Both the position numbers and the translations under genes were made by a program. Positions 19,215 through 28,700 of a stretch of 64,000 nucleotides of DNA are shown here, in pieces. The stretch covers positions 640,001-704,000 of the forward strand of contig CAWFSF010000005.1 of NCBI GenBank assembly GCA_963818475.1, in the 5' to 3' direction. Every line of letters starts with the position of its first letter. Position 1 is the first letter of the stretch. The notes under the pieces were generated by a model. It was given only the letters and a program-made list of their open reading frames with translations. It did not search any database and was not told the DNA's origin. Source of the stretch: Nitrospirota bacterium (GTDB taxonomy: Bacteria; Nitrospirota; UBA9217).

Positions 19215-22200
19215 ATGAATATTTCCGAACTCTCCATACGCCGTCCGGTCATGACCACCCTGGTCATGCTCTCGATCCTGTTCGCGGGCATCGCCGGGTA
19301 CCGGCTCTTGCCGGTGTCCGACCTGCCGAACGTGGACTTTCCCACGATCCAGGTGACCGCGAACGTGCCAGGCGCTTCCCCCGAGACCATGGCCTCTGCC
19401 GTGGCCACGCCGTTGGAGAAGCAGTTCTCGACCATCGCGGGCATCGATTCCATGACCTCGACCAACGGCCAGGGAAGCACCCGGATCACGATCGTATTCG
19501 ACCTCAGCAGGGACATCGATGCCGCGGCCCAGGACGTCCAGTCGGCCATTGCTTCCGCGGCGCGCCAGCTGCCGGAGGACATGCCGAGCCCGCCGTCGTT
19601 CCGCAAAGTAAATCCGGCCGACTCGCCGGTGCTCTACCTCGCCCTCAGTTCTCCCACGATGCCGCTCTCCGCAATAGACGATTACGCGCAGACCATTATT
19701 TCCCAGCGCATTTCCATGGTGAGCGGCGTGGCCCAGGTCCAGGTCTACGGATCACAGAAGTACGCCGTTCGCGTTCAGCTCAATCCCCGCTCCCTGGCAA
19801 GCAGGGGGATCGGCATCGACGAGGTGGCGGGCGCGGTCTCACGCGCGAACGTGAACCTTCCGACCGGCACGCTTGAAGGCGCAAACCAGGCGTTTACCAT
19901 ACAGTCAACAGGGCAGCTCCTGGACGCAAAGGCATACCGTCCGGTCATCGTGGCGTACCGCGGCGGAGCGCCCGTGCGGCTCCAGGAACTGGGCAACGTG
20001 ATAGACAGCGTGGAGAACGACAAGGTCGCCGGCTGGTTCAAGGACACCCGGGCGATCATTCTCGCCATTCAGCGCCAGCCGGGCACGAACACGGTCGAGG
20101 TCGTGGATTCGATCAGGAAGCTCATTCCGACGTTCCGCCAGCAGATCCCGGCCTCGGTGAACCTCGAGGTCCTGTTCGACCGGTCGGAATCCATTCGCAA
20201 CTCGGTTCATGACGTTCAATTCACCCTGGTCCTGACGGTTTGCCTGGTTGTGCTCGTGATCTTTCTGTTCCTCCGCAACCTCTCCGCTACCGTCATCCCG
20301 AGCCTGGCGCTCCCCATGTCCGTGGTGGGCACCTTTGCCGTCATGTATGTCCTCGACTTCAGCATGGACAACATGTCGCTCCTGGCGCTCACGCTGTCCG
20401 TCGGATTCGTGGTGGACGACGCCATCGTGATGCTCGAGAACATCATCCGGCACATGGAGATGGGCGAGCCCGTCATGGAAGCCGCGCTCAAAGGCTCCAA
20501 GGAGATCGGCTTCACCATCCTGTCCATGACCATCTCGCTCGTGGCGGTCTTCATCCCCGTGTTCTTCATGGGCGGCATCATGGGACGGCTGCTGCATGAG
20601 TTCGCGGTCACCATCGGCATGTCGATCCTGATCTCCGGTTTTGTCGCCCTGACGCTCATCCCCATGCTGACCTCCCGCTTTGTCCGGCCCCACGGGAAGG
20701 AACAGCACGGCAGACTGTACCAGGCGTCAGAGCGCTTCTTCGCCAACATGCTGCATTTTTATGAGCGGACACTGACCATCGTGCTCCGGCACCGGCTGAC
20801 CACGATGCTCGTCTCCGGGGTCGTTCTTCTCGCGACCGGGTTCCTGTTCTGGTACATGCCGCAGGGTTTTCTCCCGAGCGAGGACACGGGCCAGTTGGCC
20901 ATTGTCACGGAGACAGCGCAGGGCACCTCGTTTGATTCAATGAAACAGCACCAGCAGGCCGTGGCCGCCATCGTGCTGAAGGACCCGAACGTGGATGCCT
21001 TTATGTCGAGCGCAGGCGCGGGCGGCGCCAGTTCAGCCGGGAATCAGGGCCGTTTCTTCATCCGGCTCAAACCGCGCTCCGAGCGAAAACTGCACGTGGA
21101 CCGGGTGATCCAGCAGCTCAGGCCAAAACTCGCGCAGGTCCCCGGGATCATGGCGTTTCCGCAGAACCCGCCGCCGGTTCGCCTGGGCGGGACGATCACC
21201 AAGAGCCTCTACCAGTTCACGCTTCAGAGCCCTGATATCGACGAGCTCTACGAGAATGCCCCGAAGCTTGAGGCGAAGCTGCGCGAATCGCCGATGCTGC
21301 AGGACGTGACGAGCGACCTGCAGATCAAGAACCCCCAGGTGAACGTGGAGATCGACCGCGATAAAGCGTCAGCCCTCGGCATCACCGCCACGCAGTTTCA
21401 GACAGCGCTCCAGGCCGCATACAGCAGCCAGCAGATCACGACCATTTACGCCCCGAACAACCAGTACCGGGTCCTGATGGAACTGGAGCCGGAGTACCAG
21501 CGGGACCCGGCCTCGCTCTCCCTGCTGTACATCCGCTCGTCAGACAACCAGCTCGTCCCGCTCCGGACCGTGTCAAAGCTTTCTCAGAGCGTGGGGCCTC
21601 TGTCGGTGAACCACCTGGGCCAGCTGCCGGCGGTCACGCTCTCGTTCAACACCCGTCCCGACGTGTCCCTCGGGACCGCGGTCGATGCGGTGAACAAGGT
21701 CGCCCGGGACACGCTCCCGGCGTCGATCACCACGAGCTTCCAGGGCACGGCGCAGGCGTTTGAGGAATCCATGCAGGGGCTGGGCATGCTGCTTCTCGCC
21801 GCGACGCTCGTGATCTACATCGTGCTCGGCATCCTGTATGAGAGCTTCATCCATCCGCTCACGATCCTGTCGGCGCTGCCCTTCGCGGGCTTCGGCGCGC
21901 TCGTGACGCTGCTCATCTTCGGGTCCGACCTGAACGTCTATGCTTTCGTGGGCGTGATCCTGCTCGTCGGGCTCGTGAAAAAGAACGGCATCATGATGAT
22001 CGACTTCGCTCTCGATGCGCAGCGCAGGGAGGCGGCAACGCCCCACGATGCCATTTTCAAGGCCTGCATCATCCGGTTCCGGCCGATCATGATGACCACC
22101 ATGGCCGCGCTTCTGGGCACCCTGCCGATCGCCCTCGGTTTCGGAGCAGGGGCTGAATCACGCCGCCCTCTCGGCCTTGCCGTGGTCGGCGGGCTGCTCT

Positions 22201-22322
22201 TTTCGCAAACACTGACACTCTATGTCACCCCGGTCGTGTACCTCTATATGGACCAGCTCCAGCGGAAGCTCAATTCGCTGCATATATTTCAGGCGCGAAA
22301 AAAAGCGAGTGGCCATGAGTAG
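19215..22322 (+). CDS. RND efflux permease, MdtB/MdtC-like
   Basis: ~1035 aa; RRPVMTTL, GFVVDDAIVMLENI, GLVKKNGIMMIDFAL, RFRPIMMTT. Confidence 0.95.
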   Translation: MNISELSIRRPVMTTLVMLSILFAGIAGYRLLPVSDLPNVDFPTIQVTANVPGASPETMASAVATPLEKQFSTIAGIDSMTSTNGQGSTRITIVFDLSRDIDAAAQDVQSAIASAARQLPEDMPSPPSFRKVNPADSPVLYLALSSPTMPLSAIDDYAQTIISQRISMVSGVAQVQVYGSQKYAVRVQLNPRSLASRGIGIDEVAGAVSRANVNLPTGTLEGANQAFTIQSTGQLLDAKAYRPVIVAYRGGAPVRLQELGNVIDSVENDKVAGWFKDTRAIILAIQRQPGTNTVEVVDSIRKLIPTFRQQIPASVNLEVLFDRSESIRNSVHDVQFTLVLTVCLVVLVIFLFLRNLSATVIPSLALPMSVVGTFAVMYVLDFSMDNMSLLALTLSVGFVVDDAIVMLENIIRHMEMGEPVMEAALKGSKEIGFTILSMTISLVAVFIPVFFMGGIMGRLLHEFAVTIGMSILISGFVALTLIPMLTSRFVRPHGKEQHGRLYQASERFFANMLHFYERTLTIVLRHRLTTMLVSGVVLLATGFLFWYMPQGFLPSEDTGQLAIVTETAQGTSFDSMKQHQQAVAAIVLKDPNVDAFMSSAGAGGASSAGNQGRFFIRLKPRSERKLHVDRVIQQLRPKLAQVPGIMAFPQNPPPVRLGGTITKSLYQFTLQSPDIDELYENAPKLEAKLRESPMLQDVTSDLQIKNPQVNVEIDRDKASALGITATQFQTALQAAYSSQQITTIYAPNNQYRVLMELEPEYQRDPASLSLLYIRSSDNQLVPLRTVSKLSQSVGPLSVNHLGQLPAVTLSFNTRPDVSLGTAVDAVNKVARDTLPASITTSFQGTAQAFEESMQGLGMLLLAATLVIYIVLGILYESFIHPLTILSALPFAGFGALVTLLIFGSDLNVYAFVGVILLVGLVKKNGIMMIDFALDAQRREAATPHDAIFKACIIRFRPIMMTTMAALLGTLPIALGFGAGAESRRPLGLAVVGGLLFSQTLTLYVTPVVYLYMDQLQRKLNSLHIFQARKKASGHE

Positions 22323-22363
22323 CGCGTTACGAATAATTTCCAAGTAAACTGACAAAAAATATC

Positions 22364-22498
22364 GCCACGAAGGCACGAAGACACAAAGAACGTCTGGAAT
22401 ATTATCAGCGGCAATGATTCTGAACCCAAAGACACTCAGGCATCTCTTAGTGCCTTCGTGTCTTCGTGGCAAATTGGTTCCGGTTTGTCCGAGTTAGG
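22364..22498. repeat. 9-bp-period palindromic element with GGTTCCGGTTTGTCCGAGTTAGG tail
   Basis: GCCACGAAGGCACGAAGACACAAAG ... CTTAGTGCCTTCGTGTCTTCGTGGC followed by the tail. Confidence 0.85.
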
Positions 22499-22505
22499 AC
22501 TTCAT

Positions 22506-23639
22506 ATGATAAAACAAAAAATTATCCTCAGCCTCATCGTCACGCTCCTGTTCAGCTGCAAAGGGGACGCGCCTTCGTACAAGACCGAACCCGTGTCCCG
22601 CGGCGATATCCAGCAGAGCGTGACCGCAACGGGAACGGTCAATGCCGTGACAACCGTCCTGGTCGGCACCCAGGTGTCGGGCACGATCAGGAATCTTTAT
22701 GTGGATTTCAATTCCCGGGTCACCAAAGGCCAGTTGATCGCCCTGATCGATCCCGAAATGCTCGAAGCGCAGGCAGCCCAGGCGCGGGCGAATGTGGAAA
22801 AGGCCGATGCGACCTACCGCGATGCCGACCGGACGCTGAAACGAAACCGGGAGCTCTTCACCAAAAACCTGATCCCCCGCAGCGATCTCGACACGGCGGA
22901 AACCAACTTTGACAGCGCCCGGGCGCAGCTGGAGCAGGCTAAAGCCGCCCTCAGGGTGTCGGAAACGAACCTCCGGTACACCCGCATCCTGTCCCCTGTG
23001 GACGGCATCGTGATCTCCCGGAACGTGGATATCGGCCAGACCGTTGCGGCCAGTTTCCAGACGCCGACGCTCTTCACCATCGCCCAGGACCTTACCAAGA
23101 TGCAGATCAATACGAGCATCGCGGAGTCCGATATCGGCGTCGTGAAGGTCGGACAGGCGGTGGAGTTCACCGTGGATGCCTATCCCGATACCCTGTTCAA
23201 AGGAACGGTGTGGCAGAAGCGGCAGGCGCCCATAACCGTGCAGAACGTGGTCACCTATGATGTGGTGATCAAGGTCGACAACCGCGACCTGAAACTGATG
23301 CCCGGGATGACCGCCAATGTTTCGATCATCATCACAACGCAGCGCGATGTACTCAGGATCACGAATGCAGCCATGCGGTTCCGGTTCACCGAGCGAACAA
23401 GAACTGCCCCCGCCCCGGGTGCGGCAGCAAAAGCCAATGCCGGCGCACAGGAGAAAAAGGGACCAGCCGTCTGGGTCCTGGAGAATGGAAAGCCCCGGCG
23501 CGTCGCCATAGAACCCGGCATCAGTGATGGCAACTATACTGAGATCGTGTCCGGGGACCTCAAGGAGGGGCAGGCCATTATCGTTGAAGCGGTGAGAAAG
23601 AACAAAACGCAGACCCAGTCCGGTCCGAGGATGTTCTAA
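22506..23639 (+). CDS. MacA-like efflux periplasmic adaptor
   Basis: TVLVGTQVSGTI, VDIGQTVAASFQTPTLF, FTVDAYP, NVVTYDV, LMPGMTANV. Confidence 0.92.
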   Translation: MIKQKIILSLIVTLLFSCKGDAPSYKTEPVSRGDIQQSVTATGTVNAVTTVLVGTQVSGTIRNLYVDFNSRVTKGQLIALIDPEMLEAQAAQARANVEKADATYRDADRTLKRNRELFTKNLIPRSDLDTAETNFDSARAQLEQAKAALRVSETNLRYTRILSPVDGIVISRNVDIGQTVAASFQTPTLFTIAQDLTKMQINTSIAESDIGVVKVGQAVEFTVDAYPDTLFKGTVWQKRQAPITVQNVVTYDVVIKVDNRDLKLMPGMTANVSIIITTQRDVLRITNAAMRFRFTERTRTAPAPGAAAKANAGAQEKKGPAVWVLENGKPRRVAIEPGISDGNYTEIVSGDLKEGQAIIVEAVRKNKTQTQSGPRMF

Positions 23640-23649
23640 GAACTTTCAA

Positions 23650-23731
23650 CCCTCCCCAACCCCTCCCATGTAAGGGAGGGGCTACTGCTAACATCCTTTC
23701 CCCTGGTGGGAGAGGGCTGGGGTGAGAGGGA
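23650..23731. repeat. CCCTCCCC/GGGAGAGGG-type palindromic REP-like pair
   Basis: ccctccccaacccctcccatgtaagggagggg and tccctggtgggagagggctggggtgagaggg between the adaptor and ATPase genes. Confidence 0.7.
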
Positions 23732-23736
23732 GGATT

Positions 23737-24462
23737 ATGGCGCTCATCGAAGCACAGAAGATCAGCAAGGTATACCGGCTCGGCGACATCGATCTGCGCG
23801 CGCTGGACCATATATCTTCGACCATCGAAAAAAGCGAGTTCGTCGCCATCATGGGCCAGTCAGGCTCGGGCAAATCAACGTTCATGAACATCCTCGGCTG
23901 CCTTGACACACCAACGGAAGGACACTACTTCCTTGACGGCATCGATACGGGTCAGCTTTCCCGGGACGATCTTGCCGAGATCAGGAACAAAAAGCTCGGC
24001 TTTGTGTTCCAGGGCTTCAACCTGCTGTCGCGCACCTCGGCCCTGGAGAATGTGGAACTGCCCATGCTCTACAACGGATTCCCTGCGCACGAGCGACGGG
24101 ATCGGGCCCGGCAGGCGCTCAAGAACGTCGGGCTCGAAGGCCGCGAAGGCCATCATCCGAACCAGCTCTCCGGCGGCCAGCAGCAGCGCGTTGCCATCGC
24201 CCGCGCGCTCGTGAACGAAGCGCCCATCATCCTGGCAGACGAGCCCACGGGCAATCTCGACACCAGAACAAGCCAGGAGATCATGGAACTCTTCGTGCGC
24301 CTGAACCAGGAGTCCGGCATCACCGTGATCCTGGTGACCCACGAACAGGATATCGCGGCATACAGCAAACGGATCATCCGGTTCTCAGATGGACATATTG
24401 TGAGTGATAAAAAGCAGGGTACAGGGGACAGGGTCCAGGGGCCAGGAAAACCGAATCTTTAA
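23737..24462 (+). CDS. ABC transporter ATP-binding protein (MacB/LolD-type)
   Basis: Walker A GQSGSGKST, LSGGQQQRVAIAR, ILADEPTGNLD. Confidence 0.95.
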   Translation: MALIEAQKISKVYRLGDIDLRALDHISSTIEKSEFVAIMGQSGSGKSTFMNILGCLDTPTEGHYFLDGIDTGQLSRDDLAEIRNKKLGFVFQGFNLLSRTSALENVELPMLYNGFPAHERRDRARQALKNVGLEGREGHHPNQLSGGQQQRVAIARALVNEAPIILADEPTGNLDTRTSQEIMELFVRLNQESGITVILVTHEQDIAAYSKRIIRFSDGHIVSDKKQGTGDRVQGPGKPNL

Positions 24463-24487
24463 CCCCGAACCCTGTACCCTGGACCCT
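24415..24487. repeat. Heptamer-period inverted repeat (CAGGGTA/TACCCTG)
   Basis: cagggtacaggggacagggtccagggg ... ccccgaaccctgtaccctggaccct. Confidence 0.75.
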
Positions 24488-24494
24488 ATTATTT

Positions 24495-25724
24495 ATGATC
24501 AATCTTCCTTCCACCTTCAAGATCTCCTTCCGGGCGCTCCGCGTGAACAAAATGCGCTCCGGCCTCACCATGCTCGGCATTATCATCGGCGTCGGCGCCG
24601 TGATCGCCATGGTCGCCGTGGGCGCAGGCGCGACGCAGCAGATCGCAGCGCAGATCTCCAGCATGGGCAGCAATCTGCTCATGGTGCTTCCCGGTTCTAC
24701 CACCTCGGGGGGCGTGCGGATGGGGGCGGGAACGCAGCCGACGCTCACCATGGCCGATGCGGAGGCTATCCAGAAGGAATGTCCGGCGGTCGCCGAGGCC
24801 GCGCCGATCCACAACGGGGCCGCCCAGGTCATGTTCAGCCATATGAACTGGTCGACCGGCATCGTCGGCACGACGCCGAACCTGCTGATCGTGCGGGACT
24901 GGCGCCTTGCCGCAGGCCGGTCCTTTACCCTGCAGGACGTGAAGAGCGCCACCAAGGTCTGCCTGCTCGGTCAGACCGTGGTGGACAATCTTTTCGGCGA
25001 ACAGGACCCCCTGGGGCAGGTCATACGGATCAAGAACGTGCCATTCACCGTGATCGGCGTGCTCGACCGGAAGGGCCAGGATGCCCGGGGACAGGACCAG
25101 GACGATACGATCATGATCCCGCTGACCACGGCCCAGAAGAAGCTCTTCGGGACCCAGTTCCCCGGCATGGTGCGGATCATCACGGTCAAGGCAAAGAGCG
25201 CGGAAGACCTTGAGGCGGCTGAACAGCAGATCACGGAGCTGCTGAAACAGCGGCACCGCATCGGGCAGAAGCAGGAGAATGATTTCACGGTCAGGAACCT
25301 GACGCAGCTCATGCAGGCCCGCGAAGAATCCACCAGGGTCATGACGCTGCTGCTCGGCGCCATTGCATCGGTCTCGCTGCTCGTCGGCGGGATCGGGATC
25401 ATGAACATCATGCTCGTATCCGTGACCGAGCGTACCCGGGAGATCGGCATCCGCATGGCCATCGGCGCCAAGACCTGGGACATCCGTCTTCAGTTCATCA
25501 TCGAAGCGCTCACGCTCTCCCTTATCGGCGGCATTATCGGGACCATCGCCGGCGTAGCCACATCAGCCATCATTTCTTCCGCCTCAGGCTGGCCCATCGT
25601 GGTCTCGCCCCTCTCGATCGTGCTCGCCTTCGGCTTCTCGGGATTCATCGGTATCTTCTTCGGCTTCTACCCCGCGTACAAAGCCTCGCTCCTGAACCCC
25701 ATCGATGCGCTGCGGTATGAGTAG
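24495..25724 (+). CDS. ABC transporter permease (MacB/FtsX-type)
   Basis: RSGLTMLGIIIGVGAV, VGGIGIMNIMLVSVTERTREIGIR, PAYKASLLNPIDALRYE. Confidence 0.95.
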   Translation: MINLPSTFKISFRALRVNKMRSGLTMLGIIIGVGAVIAMVAVGAGATQQIAAQISSMGSNLLMVLPGSTTSGGVRMGAGTQPTLTMADAEAIQKECPAVAEAAPIHNGAAQVMFSHMNWSTGIVGTTPNLLIVRDWRLAAGRSFTLQDVKSATKVCLLGQTVVDNLFGEQDPLGQVIRIKNVPFTVIGVLDRKGQDARGQDQDDTIMIPLTTAQKKLFGTQFPGMVRIITVKAKSAEDLEAAEQQITELLKQRHRIGQKQENDFTVRNLTQLMQAREESTRVMTLLLGAIASVSLLVGGIGIMNIMLVSVTERTREIGIRMAIGAKTWDIRLQFIIEALTLSLIGGIIGTIAGVATSAIISSASGWPIVVSPLSIVLAFGFSGFIGIFFGFYPAYKASLLNPIDALRYE

Positions 25725-25741
25725 CAGCCGCGGGTGTCGAT

Positions 25742-25776
25742 AAAAAAAGCGGAGCACCTCTGTGGGCACTCCGCTT
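25742..25776 (-). terminator. Intrinsic terminator, paralogue of 6983-7019
   Basis: Minus strand AAGCGGAGTGCC-cacaga-GGTGCTCCGCTTTTTTT. Confidence 0.8.
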
Positions 25777-25899
25777 ATCTGCTTCTTTTCTCTTCTACAC
25801 GGGAACCGTTGCTTGACCCTGCAACTCACGGTCTTCAATGAAGGAAACTGAGGTCACCAATTTAACCGTATAAAGGGCACCTCCTATTAAAACAGCAAT

Positions 25900-25933
25900 A
25901 AAAACCCCTCTCCGCGAAATAACAGAGAGGGGT
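25900..25933 (-). terminator. Intrinsic terminator of the PPC-like lipoprotein gene
   Basis: Minus strand ACCCCTCTCTG...CGGAGAGGGGTTTTT just after the stop at 25957. Confidence 0.7.
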
Positions 25934-25956
25934 CTACATAGCCGAAAAGGCGATGC

Positions 25957-28262
25957 TTACTTGAACTCGATGTCGTCCACCCAGGTTGTTTCTGGCGGGG
26001 ATGTATAGTTAAAATTCCTTTCATAACACCACTGGAACTTGAAGGTCGTGCCGTTGTATATCGTTGTATCGTAGAAGACCCTCCGCCACGGCGTCGTGCC
26101 ATTCCAATATCCCAAAGACAACATGCCGCCTCCGTCGATGCTAATATAGGCATGAATCATATTCGATGCATCGGTGCTGAAGCTGAAAGCCATCGAATTG
26201 GGCTTCGCCGCCGGAGTGTAGTCAAAGCACGTTGAATAGAAATAGTTTATCGGACCATTCATCATGCTAAACTTACCGGTGCCCGCCGAATTGAGGCTGT
26301 CGATGCCCCACTTCCATTGGTTGCCGTTCAAGCCCCCAGAATTGGTTAGGTTGAAACCGGCAGGAACAAGCCCATCCTCGAAATTCAAGCATTCGACTGC
26401 GCTTCCGCTGCAGCCCGCTGCCGGGTCGAGCGGCGTCACCGTCAGCGCATAGGTGCTTGCGGCGTTGTTATAGTTGCTGACCTTAAGATAGTAGGTTGTG
26501 CTGGCATTGAGCACGGGAGCAACGTAGGAACCCTGCGTGGAACAGACCTCATCGGTGGTATCGTAATGCGCGGTGCAAGATACAACCTGGTAGCTGAACC
26601 CCGAGTCGGAGTAGAGCGTCCAGCTGAGGTCGGTCTGCATGTTCGCGAGACTGATAACGTAGGTCATGGAGCTGCTGCCCGTGGTGAAGCTGTAATAGCT
26701 GTAGCCGTATTTGATCGCGCCGCCGGTGTGCGTCAGCCCCGAGATAAGCATCGGGTTGGTCATCGATCCTTCGCTGCCGCCGCCTGTCGCCACAGCGACG
26801 CCGTAGGTACTCGTGCCTGTCGACTCATAATTGAGGACTTTCAGATAATAGGTTTTGCTTGCATTAAGATTGGTCGTAGCGCAGCTCTCGTCGCCGGTGC
26901 CTGTTGTCGTTACGTTGTTGCAGCTTCCCAAGGAGGACGTGAACGCCGCATCGTTGTACAAAGTCCAGCCGAGGTTCCTTTGCGTGTTCGCAAGACTGAC
27001 CGTATACGAACCGCTGACTGTTGTTGTCTGGAAGGAGTAGTAGGAGCTCCCGCTCGCATCGATGACGGCGTTGTGCGCCAAGGCATCGACGGTGAGCGCC
27101 ACGGGATCGTTTGTTGAACCCTCTGTCACACCCTGGGCGACCGCAATCTGGTACGCAACAGAGCTGGAAGTCGAATTCGTTATTTTGACGTAATAGGTCC
27201 TCATGGCGTCGAGACCGTAGAGTTTGCACGGCTGGCTTGGCGAACAGGAGCCGATCGAACCCGTGGAAAAATCAGAGCCTGAATAGACATAGAGGTAGGG
27301 GGCTGTGGATCCGCTTAGCGTGAGAATATATTCCCCCGCAATCTCGGTGGTCGTGAATTTATAGGAGCTGGTACTGGTGGCGTCCACTGCGCCGTCATGC
27401 GCCGGAGCGCCCACGATCAGTTCGAGCGGGGCGGAGAGCGACCCTTTGCTCAATCCTTCGGTGACCGTGATGTCGTAACGCACCGCGCTGAAACTATTCC
27501 CGTCAACCTCGACATAGTAGTATGAGCCGGCGGAAAGCCCGTTGACCGTGCAGCTCGGGTTATACGTATTTCCACAGGTCTTCAGCAGAACAGGTGAAAC
27601 CGAAGTAAAGTCCGTTGAGTAGACCTTCCAGGTGAGCCCCGAATAGTTGGGGACGGAATTACTGATCGCGATAGTATGGGCCGCGGAATTCACCGGTTGG
27701 AAACGGTAATAGCTTATGCCCGAGAGGCCTACGGTTCCGGCATGCGGTGTCCCTACAGTAAGATCGATGGGCGAAGTCGTGGAGCCTTCGCTGGTAATCA
27801 GGCTGATCGTGAGCGTAAACGTCCCGGTAGAAAACGAAAATTCAGAAACCCTGAGGTAATAGGCCTTGCCGGCCTGGAGGGTCGCTGTACACTGCTCGGC
27901 GGCCGTGGACCAGTAATTGTCGCAGGAGGCGATCGACCCTGTAAAATCCGCATTTGAATAAAGATCCCAGGAAACATCGGTCGTCGGGTTGGTCAGGCTG
28001 ATAACATAGGTCCCTGCAGTTGTTGTAGTGAAGGTGTAATGGCTGTCGTCAAAACTGCCAACGGTGCTGCAGCGAGGCGTATTGAGAGCCACTGCAATGG
28101 GGCTCGTAGATGAGCCCTCGCCGCCGGTGAGGACGGGGGGGGGATATCGGGAGGCGCCGTAGGCGGCGTGCTGCCCCCGCCTCCGCCGCCGCCGCAAGCA
28201 ATGACGACAGACAACGCAAAAAACAAAGCTATCAATTTCATTCCGACGCGTTTCGAAACCAT
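25957..28262 (-). CDS. Secreted lipoprotein with five PPC-like beta-sandwich repeats (frameshift at C9 tract 28135-28143)
   Basis: The lipoprotein signal (LIALFFALSVVIA-CGGGGGGG) is in the 27993..28262 frame. The body, in the 25957.. frame, has repeats beginning EGS..P and ending YYLKV. AGGAGG RBS. Confidence 0.8.
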
Positions 28263-28370
28263 GTAGCCCTCCTTGTGTAGTTGAATTCACAGCGCATCTG
28301 CTGCGCGTGAAAAACACGTCCTGCGATCACGATAGTGACGTATGAGAATTTGTATATGTGAGTGAGAATA

Positions 28371-28616
28371 CTGTGCCCAGGACGGCGCGGGAAGGCGGAT
28401 ATGCAGAAAATTCTTATTAGGAAGGTGCAGATTCGCCCCCGAATGTTCAAATCAGACGTAATACTTTATTATTACGAATGAATAGACAGCAATATAACTG
28501 AATCTTTCTGTCAAGAAAATAGGAATACCGAGTCGGGGTAATTTCAGGGGATGTATCAAAACTGCAACACAGAGGAATGCAAAATTAGAATAGCTACTTA
28601 GTGGAACAAGTTGTTC
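28371..28616 (-). promoter_or_regulatory. Conserved upstream module, copy B (paralogous to 4056-4296)
   Basis: Same blocks at offsets of 24315-24321 nt from copy A. Confidence 0.8.
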
Positions 28617-28700
28617 GTTTCGGTAGGAAGTAGAAAAATATACACACAAATTATCAGAGCTAACAATAGTAGAAATGAAAAAATGAGATGAGGGTGCAAG

